Part shown: positions 44,087 through 45,364 of the stretch, piece by piece
Position numbering within the stretch: the stretch's first letter is position 1
How the letters are laid out: each line of letters opens with the position of its first letter
From: a virus
Lineage: Duplodnaviria > Caudoviricetes
Strand: one strand, 5' to 3'
Length of the DNA stretch: 45,364 nt
Virus record (IMG/VR): IMGVR_UViG_3300037604_000088
Coordinates: 1 to 45,364 of that record
Made by a program: the position numbers and the translations under genes
The notes under the pieces: generated by a model
The model's input: the letters and a program-made list of their open reading frames with translations, nothing else
What the model was told of the DNA's origin: nothing
Databases searched by the model: none

Positions 44087-45364
44087 ATGGTCAAGAGACT
44101 GCGATTGAACGACAAGACGGTGCGCGAGCAGATCCCGGAAGAGCATCGGGATTACCAGGTCTTCGATACCGAGATCCGGGGGTTGTCCATCCGCATCCTG
44201 CGCTCGGGCGCGCGATCCTTCGCGCTGGATTACCGTTTCGCAGGGCGCCAGCGCCGCATGGCCATCGGTCGCTGGCCGGAGTGGAGCGTGATGGCGGCAC
44301 GCGAGCGGGCGCGCGAGCTGCGCCGCCAGATCGACGCGGGCTGCGATCCGCTGGGCGAACGCGGCGCGTTGCGGGAAGCACCAAGGTTCAAGGACATGAT
44401 CGATCGCTATCTGGCCGAGCACGTCCCACATCTGTCCCCGGTCAACGCCGCCGACCAGCGTGCGATGCTGACCAAGCTGGTGGCGCCGCATTGGGCCAAC
44501 GAGCTGGTGACGGAGATCACCCCGCATGATGTGGCCAAGCTGCTCAACATCATCGCGCAGGGGCGCGCGCGCCCGTCGAAGGCAAAGCCCAACAACCGCG
44601 CGCGCAAGCTGCAGGGCGCGAAGCCCACGCCGGTGCGCGCCAATCGCGTGGGCGAGGTCCTGCGCAAGATGTTCAATCTCGCCATCCAGTGGGGCTGGCG
44701 CACGGACAATCCGGCCGCCGGCTTCAAGAAGCGGGTCGAGACCGCGCGCGAGCGTTTTCTGTCCCACGAGGAAATCGGCAGGCTCGCTGCGGTGCTCGAC
44801 GCGGCCGAGGATCAGCGCGCCGCCGGCATCATCCGGATCTGCATGCTGACCGGCGCCCGCGTGGGCGAGGTGCGCCAGGCGCGGTTCGAGCAGTTCAACC
44901 TCGAGCTCGGCGTCTGGTCAAAACCGGCGGCGACCACCAAGCAGCGCAAGATCCACAGGGTGCCGATCTCGGCCGATGTCGCGGCCATCGTCCGCCAGCG
45001 CGGTCTCGTGGTCCCCAAAGGCAATCCGTGGCTTTTCCCCGGCGATGTGCCGGGCCAGCCCGTCAAGGAAATCCGCCGGTTCTGGATCAAGATGCAGCGC
45101 GAGGCTGACCTGCCTGATGTGCGCATCCATGACCTGCGCCACACATTCGCGTCGCTGCTGGTCAGCGGTGGGGCCTCGCTCGAGATGATCGGCAAGCTGC
45201 TCGGCCACAGCCAGATGCAGACGACGCTACGCTATGCGCATCTGATGGACTCACCCCTGCGCGCCGGAGTGGATGCCGTGGCCGGAATGCTCCGGCCACG
45301 CCCGAAGATTGTTCACGATTCGGATGCAGATACCGAAATTGATGCGGATGTGAAGCGCGCCTGA
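44087..45364 (+). CDS. int: Tyrosine recombinase/integrase with N-terminal arm-binding domain
   Basis: TGARVGE, HDLRHTFAS, LLGHSQ...TLRY catalytic residues; N-terminal D.EI.GL.IR...G..SF...YR...IGRWP. Confidence 0.95.
   Translation: MVKRLRLNDKTVREQIPEEHRDYQVFDTEIRGLSIRILRSGARSFALDYRFAGRQRRMAIGRWPEWSVMAARERARELRRQIDAGCDPLGERGALREAPRFKDMIDRYLAEHVPHLSPVNAADQRAMLTKLVAPHWANELVTEITPHDVAKLLNIIAQGRARPSKAKPNNRARKLQGAKPTPVRANRVGEVLRKMFNLAIQWGWRTDNPAAGFKKRVETARERFLSHEEIGRLAAVLDAAEDQRAAGIIRICMLTGARVGEVRQARFEQFNLELGVWSKPAATTKQRKIHRVPISADVAAIVRQRGLVVPKGNPWLFPGDVPGQPVKEIRRFWIKMQREADLPDVRIHDLRHTFASLLVSGGASLEMIGKLLGHSQMQTTLRYAHLMDSPLRAGVDAVAGMLRPRPKIVHDSDADTEIDADVKRA

Larger units (their letters stand above)
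126..45364. mobile_element. Lambda-like temperate prophage (cos-type siphovirus) with multiple moron insertions; exact att ends not identified
   Basis: Complete ordered set of integrase, xis, replication, terminase, portal, protease, capsid, tail and lysis genes. Confidence 0.95.

Noticed and set aside
1-45364. attL/attR direct repeats, tRNA or rRNA genes
   Set aside because: None recognisable by eye; the ends probably lie outside the window

Overview
The window is almost entirely one lambda-like (cos-type, siphovirus) prophage from a high-GC alphaproteobacterium, probably Rhodobacteraceae-like. On the minus strand, reading right to left, it carries xis/AlpA-HTH, VRR-NUC, a replication initiator with internal iterons, a C5 DNA methyltransferase locus, a putative late regulator, a lambda-like cos region, a ParB-N6 MTase, terminase, portal, protease/scaffold, capsid, tail and lysis genes. 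A tyrosine integrase is transcribed divergently at the right end. No CI-type repressor is visible. At least six accessory insertions punctuate the phage backbone: (1) a hybrid histidine kinase, receiver, PAS/Zn protein and XRE cluster; (2) a bactofilin; (3) a PD-(D/E)xK nuclease; (4) ccdAB; (5) a HEPN-like gene; (6) a SocAB, nuclease and OLD island containing relics of a second phage's terS/terL. The most notable non-obvious signals are a fully dual-coded methyltransferase locus (two ~420-aa frames with reciprocal constraint, WPTP repeats and a terminal QMSLF clamp-binding-like motif), a 55-bp inverted-repeat-bounded segment between xis and int in a repressor-less element, a -1 frameshift tail chaperone, a nested scaffold gene and a diverged duplicate of a tail-gene 3' end. 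All functional calls come from motif recognition and gene order, not from database searches.
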